From positions 10,230,001 to 10,294,000 of the forward strand of contig JAQFVV010000009.1 in NCBI GenBank assembly GCA_028023455.1: a stretch of 64,000 bases of DNA, read 5' to 3'. Under the pieces are notes generated by a model. It did no database searches. It saw nothing but the letters and a program-made list of their open reading frames with translations, and was not told the origin of the DNA. Numbering within the stretch: the stretch's first letter is position 1; each line of letters opens with the position of its first letter. This document shows, one piece after another, positions 14,077-25,600 of this stretch. The stretch comes from Epiperipatus broadwayi (lineage: Eukaryota > Animalia > Onychophora). A program made the translations under genes and the position numbers.

Positions 14077-14334
14077 ATTCTCAAAGCTTGTTAAGAGCTT
14101 GTTTTGTGGGCTCTATATATAATATTTGTAAATAAGAGTTTTATTAAAATTAGGTCATGTGACATCTGACTTGGTTTTTTTTTTTTTTATCATTATATTA
14201 ATACTATAAGTTGTTTTCTTAATTATAATTCTTTTGTTAATAGGAAGAGTTTTATTCTACAATCACTATAATTTAATTCAATATCTTATTAATACATTGT
14301 ACAGGCTTACACCTGCATTTATATATGTAATATA

Positions 14335-14420
14335 TGTGGGATTCAAACTTAGACTTTCACATGACCCACAACTCTCAGTGCCATCTTATATTGCTGACCC
14401 ACTTGATCACACACATGTCA
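14335..14420 (-). mobile_element. Possible tRNA-derived SINE head remnant
   Basis: The minus strand has an A-box-like GATCAAGTGG and a B-box-like AAGTTTGAATCCC about 50 nt apart. Confidence 0.3.
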
Positions 14421-14752
14421 ATGCAGTGACAGAATGATAGACTAAAAAACTAAAGATAACTGGATCAAGTATCTATGTGTTCAAATATAAAGTAATTTTC
14501 TAAAAAATTGATTATTTGATAAATTTGAAATGCTGTGAAATTTACCTGAAAAATTCTACATTTCTGTAATTACAAAAATATCTAATCCTAACTCTCATGA
14601 TGCTTTTTTTTTGACTTAAAACTCTTCTAACTGAAGCATGAGTTGCTCAATATTACTTTATTATCATTTATTTTCCTGATACCTAGCAGTTAAGATTGCC
14701 ATAATTAAAATTTAAAAAATAAACCTTTGCAATTAAACTTATATTAGATAAC

Positions 14753-15019
14753 TATGAGGGCTAAGATCAGCCTAGCTATAGTATTGTTTTGAAAACATAG
14801 ATACCATGAATCGTAATTTAAAATGAAACAAGCTTTTTGGTTTAGTTTCTTCTTATTCTTTGATTATTTGAGGAAATTATTGTTTGTTGGATATCAATTA
14901 TAGTTTTTGAATGACAAATATTCATCTTCTGAAATTTGTAATCAGTCAGACTTTAGCTACATTAAATGATTTCCATTAAAGAAGATTGTAGGATAGTTAG
15001 TGCTGCTGAAAGCCTCATA
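14753..15019. mobile_element. Possible mariner-type MITE (~270 bp)
   Basis: TATGAGGGCT... and ...AGCCTCATA ends with ~25-bp imperfect terminal inverted repeats (TIRs) and TA at both ends, resembling TACGAGGG mariner termini after CpG decay. Confidence 0.35.
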
Positions 15020-17935
15020 GTGAAATGGTTTACATATTAGTCCCCTTTTCCTAAATCCTAGGTTCAAACAGAGTTTTATCTACATTTGAAGTGCCAAACG
15101 AACTCAGAATTTTCACTAACGAATTCCCAATCGATTTAACTAGCTACTAGTGTTGGTTGATAAGTAAACATTTAACTATTCCAAATTACAGAATTGACAA
15201 TTTCACAAAGTATTTAGCTTTAATTAAAACTTTAAGAAAGAGAATCTGATAGATTTTGTAAAAAAAAAAAAAAAAAAAAAGATTGTGCATTGATATCAAA
15301 ATGATATCTATTTGTAAAGAAGTGAGTTAAGTCCTAAACTTAAAACTTCATAAAGAGAGATTTGGAGCTACTGCGTGAACGTTGAAAAAAATTGCTGTGA
15401 AATGATTATTTTTTTAAATATATAATTGCTTCCTTGTTTTTATAATCAACAGATCTCTTTTTTTATGTTACCATGGCTGAAAGAGTAATTTCATTTGAGA
15501 AAGTGATTTTTTTTAAAAAAAAAAAGATACATCTATTTTATTAATTTAAGAGAATTCATTTCAAGCAATCAAAAAACTGTTTAATAAATTATGCGTTAAA
15601 GTTGTCAAATCTTTTGTTAGAAAAAAAAAAAACACATTACAATATTAATAATTGTGTGTGTGTGTTTTTAAAAAGGTGTCTTTTTTAAATTATCTGTAAA
15701 ATATTAATCATTAATTTAAAATTTATGCAGTTTTCTTGTTAACAAGAAGTAAAAAAAAAGAGTGGAGTGGCAAGTATTATGAAATGAGATTTCTAGCTCT
15801 TGAACTTTCCTGTAATAATTAATAATATATTTTAAAAGAAAATAAATAATCACATGACTATTAAAAGATGAAGTGTATTTGAATATTTGTTTTAACACAA
15901 ACATTAATACCTTTTAAACATAAACTGTTTACCTTTGTTTATATTAAATTTAATGCATTAAAAAATAGTAGGATAAAAAAAAAATCGAAGATATTTTCTA
16001 CAAGTAATTGTTTTAATTAAATACTCCGACGTATAAAAAGCAGTGCTGATAGTATAAACTCAGCTAAGGGTTTCATGATACATTTTCCTCATATCACTGA
16101 AGAATTCCAAGCAAGTCAAGATTTTTTCAGTAGCTTTTCTTAGTTATGCATCTTAATGATATGAGACTTTCTATATTATTTCTATCTCTAAATGTCAAGC
16201 GTTGTTACCCGAGAGGTCAGCACAGCCGCCATGCAAGCAAGCAGTTGGTTGCAGACGGTAGTTGCGGGTTCGCCTACCTGCCGATGCTCTGACATATGAA
16301 AAAAAAAAGATATTGGAGTGAATTATGTTGAGAGAGAGATGGTATGATTTGTCAAAGTCAACAGCTGACTCAAAAAATTGATTACCATAATAGAAGTAGT
16401 AATAGTAGGAGTAATAGTAGTAGTAGAAGTAATAGTAGCAGCAGCAGTAGTAGCAGTATAATTCAATTTATTCATAAATAAACAGCTCAAAAGAGGCCAC
16501 AAACATTTACAAAGTAGTACATGTCTGTATTATAAAATTATGTAGATATGTTTAAAATCACTATTTATAAGAACGTAAAATTGATTTTATTTTGTCATTG
16601 AATTGTGTATAGTTTAAAGATAAAATATCAATATCAGCAAACTTTTTATTATACTCCAGTTGCAATATATGCACTGATGAATTAATAATGTCTCAACATA
16701 GATAAATAAAACAATTCGTGATATCTAGAATTATAAGTTAGAATCCTAATCAAAATTTTTGTAATTGCATATTTTAATGATACAGTACCATGCACTAATT
16801 TAAATAAAAACGGCATGGCTATTTGTCTTGTATTTTTTGTAATTTACTTATATTTGATTGATTATATGGATTTCAAACAATAGAACCATAATGCATAAAG
16901 TGCCATTAAATATATGAAATAGTAACCTATATATTTCTAATTTAAATTGAATATTTGATCTCAAAATCATGCCCATAATTTTAAGAGATTTATTAATCAT
17001 TATTTGAATATAATCATTAAATGTATAACAAATTTGTGAAAATAATACCCAAACCTTTCTACTTAAAAATTATGGCAATTCTGTTTCCATTAATACAATA
17101 TGACCATTATTAACTATTGTTTTTTTTTTTTGTATAAGATACTGAATTGCATTTTTTTAATGTTTATTTGCATATTATTGACATGGCACTAATTACAAAA
17201 AGCATTAATATAATTTTGCAATACTTTATGATCATTTATATGTTTGATCTCCAAAAAGAACTTAATATTATCTGCATAACATAATATATTTTTGTCCAAG
17301 CTATGATAGAAGCCAGATCAGAAGTGTAAATGTCAAAAAGAATGTGACTTAAAATACTTCCTTGGAGTATTCTACACCCGTAAGTAAGCATAAAAGAAGA
17401 TTCTCCATTAATATGCACATAATTCTTTCTATTAATAAGAAACAACTTTAAAATTTTTTAAATATTAATTAATAATTCAATTTTATCCACTTTTATTAGT
17501 AAAATTTTATGATGTATCTTATCAAAAGCTTTAGACAAATTAAAATAAACATCATCAAGTTGTCTTTGAAAATAAATAACTTGTGCTATAACATCTGTTA
17601 TGTGCAGCAAATTTGTTTTTGCAGATCTTGCTGGTAAAAAAACCATGTATAAATGAAGGAATAATATTTTTTAATTGATGTATAATCCTATTATAAATTG
17701 ATTCTTCTAATATTTTAACACAAATTGGCAATAAAGAAATAGGCCTACAATTAGATAAATCTGATTTCCCCCCTAAAATTATAAAATGGAACTATTTTTC
17801 CAGTTTTCTAACAATCAGGAAAAACAGATGATAAACAGAGCAAAACTCTCCATACAGTATTGCCACCTGTGCTAAACAGAGTAATCAATGGATGCCAGAA
17901 GGCTTGTGCATAAAATCCCTATCTAATGCCTACTC

Positions 17936-17994
17936 ATCCAATATCCCCAGACTAGTTTCTGGCTTGTGGCCTTCGTCAGTGAGGAGCTTTGGAT
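17936..17994 (-). ncRNA. Type I hammerhead ribozyme fold
   Basis: Minus strand CCTCA CTGACGA A GGC CACAA GCC A GAAA CTAG TC / TGGGG with outer helix ATCCAA/TTGGAT; predicted cleavage between 17950 and 17949. Confidence 0.8.
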
Positions 17995-18805
17995 CTGAGA
18001 GCACTGCATCTAGATCTTAGGATCTAATGCAACCCTCTAGCAACCACCTTTTATCTCTACTTAACTACAAAACTATGAGAATAAAATTGAAAACACAAAA
18101 AATATTTTCAATCTAAGCTCAATAGCTTATATAGTCATATGGGTCTGAACTCAGTTCAGCACCCATACATTTTGGTGTCTTTGGCTCTTTTACAACCATA
18201 GCCACCACTATCCTATTAGGCAGGATTGGTGTTAAACCACTAAGCATCACATGATCACATTTCCTATACTAGCACATTAATTGTTGATAAATAGAGCAAA
18301 ACTCTCCATACGGTGTTGCCTCCTGTGCTAAATAGAGTAATCAATGGATGCCAGAAGGCTTGTGCATAAAATCCCTATCTAATGCCTACTCATCCAATAT
18401 CCCCAGACTAGTAGGCATTAGATAGGGATTTTATGCACAAGCCTTCTGGCATCCATTGATTACTCTGTTTAGCACAGGTGGCAATACTGTATGGAGAGTT
18501 TTGCTCTGTTTATCAATAATTAATGTGCTAGTATAGGAAATGTGATCATGTGATGCTTAGTGGTTTAACACCAATCCTGCCTAATAGGATAGTGGTGGCT
18601 ATGGTTGTAAAAGAGCCAAAGACACCAAAATGTATGGGTGCTGAACTGAGTTCAGACCCATATGACTATATAAGCTATTGAGCTTAGATTGAAAATATTT
18701 TTTGTGTTTTCAATTTCATTCTCATAGTTTTGTAGTTAAGTAGAGATAAAAGGTGGTTACTAGAGGGTTGCATTAGATCCTAAGATCTAGATGCAGTGCT
18801 CTCAG

Positions 18806-18864
18806 ATCCAAAGTTCCTCACTGATGAAGGCCACAAGCCAGAAACTAGTCTGGGGATATTGGAT
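18806..18864 (+). ncRNA. Type I hammerhead ribozyme fold
   Basis: ATCCAA AGT TCCTCA CTGATGA AGGC CACAA GCCA GAAA CTAG TC / TGGGGA TA TTGGAT; predicted cleavage after 18850. Confidence 0.82.
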
Positions 18865-19262
18865 GAGTAGGCATTAGATAGGGATTTTATGCACAAGCCT
18901 TCTGGCATCCATTGATTACTCTGTTTAGCACAGGTGGCAATACTGTATGGAGAGTTTTGCTCTGTTTATCAACAATTAATGTGCTAGTATAGGAAATGTG
19001 ATCATGTGATGCTTAGTGGTTTAACACCAATCCTGCCTAATAGGATAGTGGTGGCTATGGTTGTAAAAGAGCCAAAGACACCAAAATGTATGGGTGCTGA
19101 ACTGAGTTCAGACCCATATGACTATATAAGCTATTGAGCTTAGATTGAAAATATTTTTTGTGTTTTCAATTTCATTCTCATAGTTTTGTAGTTAAGTAGA
19201 GATAAAAGGTGGTTACTAGACGATTGCATTAGATCCTAAGATCTATGATGCAGTGCTCTCAG

Positions 19263-19321
19263 ATCCAAAGTTCCTCACTGACGAAGGCCACAAGCCAGAA
19301 ACTAGTCTGGGGATATTGGAT
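19263..19321 (+). ncRNA. Type I hammerhead ribozyme fold
   Basis: Same fold with core CTGACGA; predicted cleavage after 19307. Confidence 0.82.
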
Positions 19322-19719
19322 GAGTAGGCATTAGATAGGGATTTTATGCACAAGCCTTCTGGCATCCATTGATTACTCTGTTTAGCACAGGTGGCAATAC
19401 TGTATGGAGAGTTTTGCTCTGTTTATCAACAATTAATGTGCTAGTATAGGAAATGTGATCATGTGATGCTTAGTGGTTTAACACCAATCCTGCCTAATAG
19501 GATAGTGGTGGCTATGGTTGTAAAAGAGCCAAAGACACCAAAATGTATGGGTGCTGAACTGAGTTCAGACCCATATGACTATATAAGCTATTGAGCTTAG
19601 ATTGAAAATATTTTTTGTGTTTTCAATTTCATTCTCATAGTTTTGTAGTTAAGTAGAGATAAAAGGTGGTTACTAGACGATTGCATTAGATCCTAAGATC
19701 TATGATGCAGTGCTCTCAG

Positions 19720-19778
19720 ATCCAAAGTTCCTCACTGACGAAGGCCACAAGCCAGAAACTAGTCTGGGGATATTGGAT
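19720..19778 (+). ncRNA. Type I hammerhead ribozyme fold
   Basis: Same fold with core CTGACGA; predicted cleavage after 19764. Confidence 0.82.
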
Positions 19779-20639
19779 GAGTAGGCATTAGATAGGGATT
19801 TTATGCACAAGCCTTCTGGCATCCATTGATTACTCTGTTTAGCACAGGTGGCAATACTGTATGGAGAGTTTTGCTCTGTTTATCAACAATTAATGTGCTA
19901 GTATAGAAAATGTGATCATGTGATGCTTAGTGAAAAACAGATGTTTTTAGTGACAAATTAAATACATATACTAAAGTAGAAACTAAAAGCTCATTGCAAC
20001 TTTTATAAATAAATATAGGTATATCATCATGTTCTATACTTCTCTTATTTTTTAAAGATTTAGATGCCATTAAAATCTTATTCACATTCAGACTAATTAT
20101 ACTTATTAAATTACCATTATCTATAAGATTATTAGAAAAATGGTAATTATGTGAATACACATTATTATGAATTATTTAACATGAGAAATATCTCATAAAA
20201 TCATCTGACTTAATATGTTGCTTCTCCATTTCTAACTTTAAAATGACCTTTCATGATATTCTAAAATTGCCTTGGATTGTTACTAATGTTATTCTGTATG
20301 TTTTTTATATACAAAAGAAAATCTTGTTTTTCCACTTGTTTTTATTAAAAAGCTACAATTTTTCAAGTTATTTAAAAACATTCTACTCCATATTTTTTGA
20401 ATAAATTATAAATTCACTGCTTTCTCTTTATACATAAGTTTGTTTGAAAACCATTTAGGATATTTAGCTGATTTAACATCTTTCATTGGAATAAATCTAT
20501 TTATTACATCAAATAACATTTTTTGAGATATTTCTGCTGCTATTGAAGCATCCTTACTGCTATAAACTTTCTCCCAGTTTATATCTTTAATTGCTCCATA
20601 CAAACCAAAATAATCACCTCTAGCATATTTTTTTTTAGC

Positions 20640-20806
20640 ATAAAAATCTAAATTTAATTATTTTGATGTCTAATGCAAAATGATGATAATCTTCAGTCAC
20701 TAGAAGATATGACTGAATTCATAAAAAATCTAAATTTAATTATTTTGATGTCTAATGCAAAATAATGATAATCTTCAGTCACTAGAAGATATGACTGAAT
20801 TCATAA
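20640..20806. repeat. 82-bp tandem duplication inside the LINE endonuclease region
   Basis: AAAAATCTAAATTTAATTATTTTGATGTC...GACTGAATTCATAAA repeated with an 82-bp period. Confidence 0.9.
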
Positions 20807-22123
20807 ATTTGTAATTATTAAATCCAAGTATATTCATAATTATTGTATATATCATTGACATGCTTTTGATCTAAAAACTTAAGTAATTCCATCAAGCCAT
20901 TAAATTTGGCATTATTTTGACAAACATTGTTTCCATAATATGCAATGTTCAAATCTCCCACAATTAATACTTTATGCTTATATAAAATCAGAAATGACTC
21001 TAATGCTTTTAAATTTTATTTCAAACATTTTTGTGAAACATTAGATGGAATGTACACACTTCCAATAATAATTTAGAATTATTTAATTCAAATTCAATCC
21101 ATACTGCATGAAATAAGAAACATGGAACATGTATATACTTATAGGTAACCTATTTCCTAAATACAACTAATATATCTCTACCTCTGGCAGGTATAGATAC
21201 TGGTTATCACTTCTATAAACACTATATCTCTCATCTATCAAATCTTCATTATATTTATATTCCTTTAGCCATGTCTCTGTTAATCAAATAATGTCATATT
21301 TTTCAGTTAAAATTTTATGTTTAATTTTACATAACTTTGTCCACAATCCTCTCACATTTTGTAAGTAAATATTTAATAGTTTTCAATTCATCAATACTAA
21401 TTTGTTCAGAAATGTATAGATTCTAACTAATATCTTATCATAACCAATTTCTGTGTCATTTACCTCTTTGGTAACATCATTTTCATTCATAGAGTTTGAT
21501 TTATGTAATCTTTCATAAAAAGGAACTAGTATCGAATCATTCATAAAAACGAAGTAGTATCGAATCACATGGGCAAAGCTCTGGGTTTATTATGTGTTCT
21601 ACTTACTGTTTATCCACTGAAATGTTATTTTCAGGTGGCATTTTATAACAAACAATTGAAGTTTTAAGTTTATCCATTAGATGTTTAATAATATCTTTCT
21701 CATTCATTGCTACATCAATTTTTGTGAGAAATTTTTTTTTAATAAATTGGTTTTACTGCCAAAATATTATGATTTTTTTGAATTCCTATTATGGCTATTT
21801 TATTTGCATTTTTTCTATTGGCTTTCTTTTTATGTGTTACTGAAATAAAAACATCATTACTATCCTTAATTTCTTCATCCTGTACCATTAATTTAGTATA
21901 TATGTCAGAATTATTTTGCTGTATGCTTTTAATTTTACTATCACTTTTATTATTATTACTCTTATTACTATCAAATGATGTCACTATCTCAGCCCAGGTC
22001 TGAGTACTATTTTTCTCATTTTTCTTTTTGAAATTATTAATATCAATATCAGGATTAACATTATATTTATAATATTTTCTATCTACTTCAGAAGAATCCA
22101 CTTTAGCTTTTTTTTCTTCTTCA

Positions 22124-22215
22124 TTTATTATTATTATTAATATCATCATCATCATTTCATTATCATCATCATCATCATTATTATTATTATCATCATTTCA
22201 TTACAATAATAATAA
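22124..22215. repeat. (ATT)/(ATC)/(AAT) microsatellite, possibly the tail of a minus-strand LINE stub at ~22215-22450
   Basis: Direct reading; accounts for the low-complexity start of ORF 21739..22155. Confidence 0.7.
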
Positions 22216-22659
22216 TAGAGGATGCCTTAGATCTTGGCCAGAAAAAAGTGAATTGTTGGTTTTTATGCTGGGTTTGGGAAAAGATAAGGGGAATTTAGAT
22301 ATAAAGGCCATAGAGTTGACAAAGATTATGTTGTGGAAATGGGATGGAGAAGAATATGGGAAAACTTAGAGTGGGGAATGGAAAATAAAGTGGTTAACAG
22401 GTTTATCTGGGCATAATTACTGAGATATTCTTGACTTCGTTTAAGAAGCCACAGTACATCACATCACATCAGATCAGGTAAAAACACTCCACATTCAAAT
22501 CATTAAAAAGCTAATAAAAACCATCAGAAACAATGTGAAAAATACATATAACATCAAAAATTCTAATATTAATTTAATCATTGTCAGCTAACAGAAAAAG
22601 TAAGCAGAATTTAATTGATAATTTTTAAATTGAAAACCGATATTAACAAATTAACTATG

Positions 22660-25600
22660 CAAACATGGAGGCTCAAAGATCACATGACCTAATTAATAGT
22701 GGCAAAAACACCAATGAAAGCCATAAAAAAAAAGCTAACATTTGCAGACATAATCAAGAAAAAGAAAGAAAAATGAATTTATTTATCCTAACAAAAAACA
22801 AAGTCTATTTAATTCAGATACCAGCAAAGAGATTTAAAAAAGCAGATATGGGAAATAGATAACTTAGAAATTGAAAAACATGAAAGTCAAAGTTGTCTGG
22901 AATGAAGAAAAATTGAAGATCACAACTGAGTTGCTCAACAAATCAATACCAAAGCATCTCATCACAACATTCAAGAGATCCCTCCCAAGTCCATGGTGTT
23001 GTCAGAAACAAACATCAACATTTCATTATATAATTTCTGAAAGAGTTGCTGTATGAGGCAATAACAGTAAATGGATTCTGGGACACCATATAACAAAATG
23101 TAGAACAACCCAATGACTGGTACTTAATATTGGAATTTTATGAAATTACACATAAGGGACAGATTTTAAAGACAATTTAGACCATTGGGTAACTTTGCAC
23201 TGATCACTATAGACCAGTGCTATCACAATACCATCGCAGGAATAATTAAGAATACCTACTTAGGATACACAGAACAAAACTTTCAAAGGGTGATGGAACC
23301 ATTTGGCAAGGTCATTATGTTCAAAACAATATACCCGAAAGACACACCAATACCAATCATGATAACACTTATGAGTTCAGAATAAAACTGCATCCAGAGA
23401 CTGATCCAGATTATATATCAACAAAATTCCAGAACAAGAAGCCATGCTCACTCTATACATCAGAGGTCTGAAACCACAGGGTTACCCATGCAAACAAAGG
23501 GACATGTCATTGCACAATGTCCTAAACCACTAGAACATAACCAGAAATCAAAATCCACACATGAAAAAACAACAAAATTTCAACACTAATATGCAAATAG
23601 ATAAAAAATAGCCATCACCAAGGATAACAGTGCAAAACTACACAAAGAAATAATATCAAAAAAGTAGAGATACCAAGCTTAGACCTTATAGATTTGTTCA
23701 CAGAAAAACAACAAAATTCCAAACTAAGGAATGTGATCAAAAGAAAGCAGAAGCCAAGAAAAAATAACACAACTAAAGCAAATGTATATATGCCAGAATT
23801 TGACTGCACAACAGATTAAATCACTCAGCATATTATTAGCAATAAGACAGTTATAGAAATTATAAAGACACCCCTACCCTCAAGCAATCCTAGCACAATG
23901 ATGCAACCAACAAATCCAATCCAACCAGAAAGCAAGAAAAATCCTGGGAGAACTATCAGAAAGAAGCTAGCAAAAAAAAAAGGCAAAGACAATTGATGAT
24001 ATCTCTAATTCACCAACTGTTGATAATATAAATGAAGACTCAAGTCCAATGGAAATAATCACAAATTTATTCAAAAACCTTTTAATAACCATAGCATCAT
24101 AGAATGAAGAAGCACAAAACATACAAACCCTGAACACAAAAACAAATCAGAGGAATGATGCAAAAGTCAACAAAACAGAATAAAACCAAACAAAAATAAA
24201 ACAAATCAGTGAAAATATGCAATGTAAAACTTCAAAACAACCACAACAAAAAATACAAACCAATCCCAGCTATACAGTTAATGTAAATTAAAATAGCAGA
24301 ACTGAATGTCAGGGGCATTAATTCGATATCAAAAATATGTCAACTTAACAAATGGATTGGCATCGTACAACTACAAATATTAGGGCTACTAGAAACCAAA
24401 ATCTATAATGGATCACCCATTAATTTAGCCAACAAGGTTTTTCCACATACTCCAGGGACACATCATCACCTTTAGTGGATACAATCATATTCATAGCTCA
24501 AACTGCAGTTTTTTAACCTTCAAAATGACTCATATTTCCTAATCACATTCCAGCATCAATAATCATGCTCAACATTATTTTTGTGTACATACTCCCAGGT
24601 CCCAGCACAATAGCACCAATAATTCTCCCAATAAACTCCCAGATCACAACCTAACAATATTAAATGGGCAATTTCAATTGAAGTTATACAAAATTAAATA
24701 CAATACAAATGGTTATATCAATTATACCTGCCACTCATGAGTGCTCAGGGTTTTATTGTTGCAGATTCAGTTCATTTTATAATTGAAAACACACCACACG
24801 TCACACCAATGCTTCATCACCTAATCAACTTCCAATTTAATCCATGCCCATTTTCTGACCATGTTGTGCAAACCATTACAATAAATTTCTCAAAGCTCCA
24901 AACAACGTCCATTTATCAAGAAAAAACAATCAGATTCCTACTCCCAACAATCACTACTGAATTCTTAATCTCAGAGACTTACATCATGCTAAATAAAATT
25001 AATGATATGCCACAAGATCCAATTCAAAAATACCAGTCACTCATCAACATATTATTTTTCAAAATACATCATATGTTAAAGTACTCACCCTCATTCTTTC
25101 ATTTATGGCACTAACAGGCAATCTCCACAAGAGAATCACCATTGCTAGATCCATGCACAACACTCACCAATACATACAAAAATTAACAAAGCTATATCAC
25201 CATACATCTAAACAATTAAAAGAATACTTTGCCACAAGGAAAAGAAAAAATATGTCTTACTCAACAACACACATGGACACACCAATATAATCTACTGCCA
25301 CTGGACTATCCATCAACCAGAAAAGTGGCATCATCTATGCAGGACATAACATGATGGATCCAATTTACCAACATTTCAAGCAAAACTACAAACATATAAA
25401 CAATACATACCAACCACTAATCAGTTTGGAAGGCCTAAAATACATATTCCCTTTCAGATCCAATAATTTGCTGAAAAGCCTAAAAAAATTTCCAACAGTT
25501 GCCACCCTGGAACCATTGGTGTCTTTTCTTTGAGTCAAATTTACCATGGAGTACCTTTGCAATCTTGCTAACTTCCTATAACAAAAATATACAATACTAG

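Larger units (their letters stand above)
13574..14191. mobile_element. Non-coding hammerhead-containing retrozyme-like insertion (~379-nt monomer plus inverted partial copy) with 16-bp TSD
   Basis: ATTATATTAATACTAT flanks both sides (13558-13573 and 14192-14207). TGTTATATA recurs at 13574 and 13953. The right part is the reverse complement of a circular permutation of the left part. Confidence 0.85.
17831..19931. mobile_element. Hammerhead-containing tandem/inverted array of 456-457-bp non-coding monomers (retrozyme-like) with 12-bp TSD
   Basis: About 1.27 units in minus sense (17831-18412) then about 3.3 units in plus sense (18410-19931). GAAAAACAGATG at 17819-17830 and 19932-19943. The LINE reading frame LKTSVF/PDC rejoins across the insertion. 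Confidence 0.93.
16388..22120 (-). mobile_element. Jockey/CR1-group LINE, decayed, interrupted by the hammerhead array
   Basis: Minus strand: ORF1-like remnants (21560-22120); EN motifs QNVRGLWTK (~21340), LTETWL, IGSVYIP, IVGDLN, LVTEDYHH; RT motifs DDIPIFIYKSC...FNLSLKTSVF(P), LSKAFDKIHH, QGSILSHILFDIYTSDL; (CTA/TAC)n 3' tail at 16388-16457. Confidence 0.85.

Noticed and set aside
19095-19115. GAGTTCAGACC as a Pol III B-box in the monomer
   Set aside because: One base short of the consensus, no convincing A-box, and the bases are explained by the conserved hairpin.
17831-19931. CRISPR-like or simple satellite interpretation of the repeats
   Set aside because: Units are 457 bp without unique spacers, and the TSD plus ribozyme cores argue for a mobile insertion.
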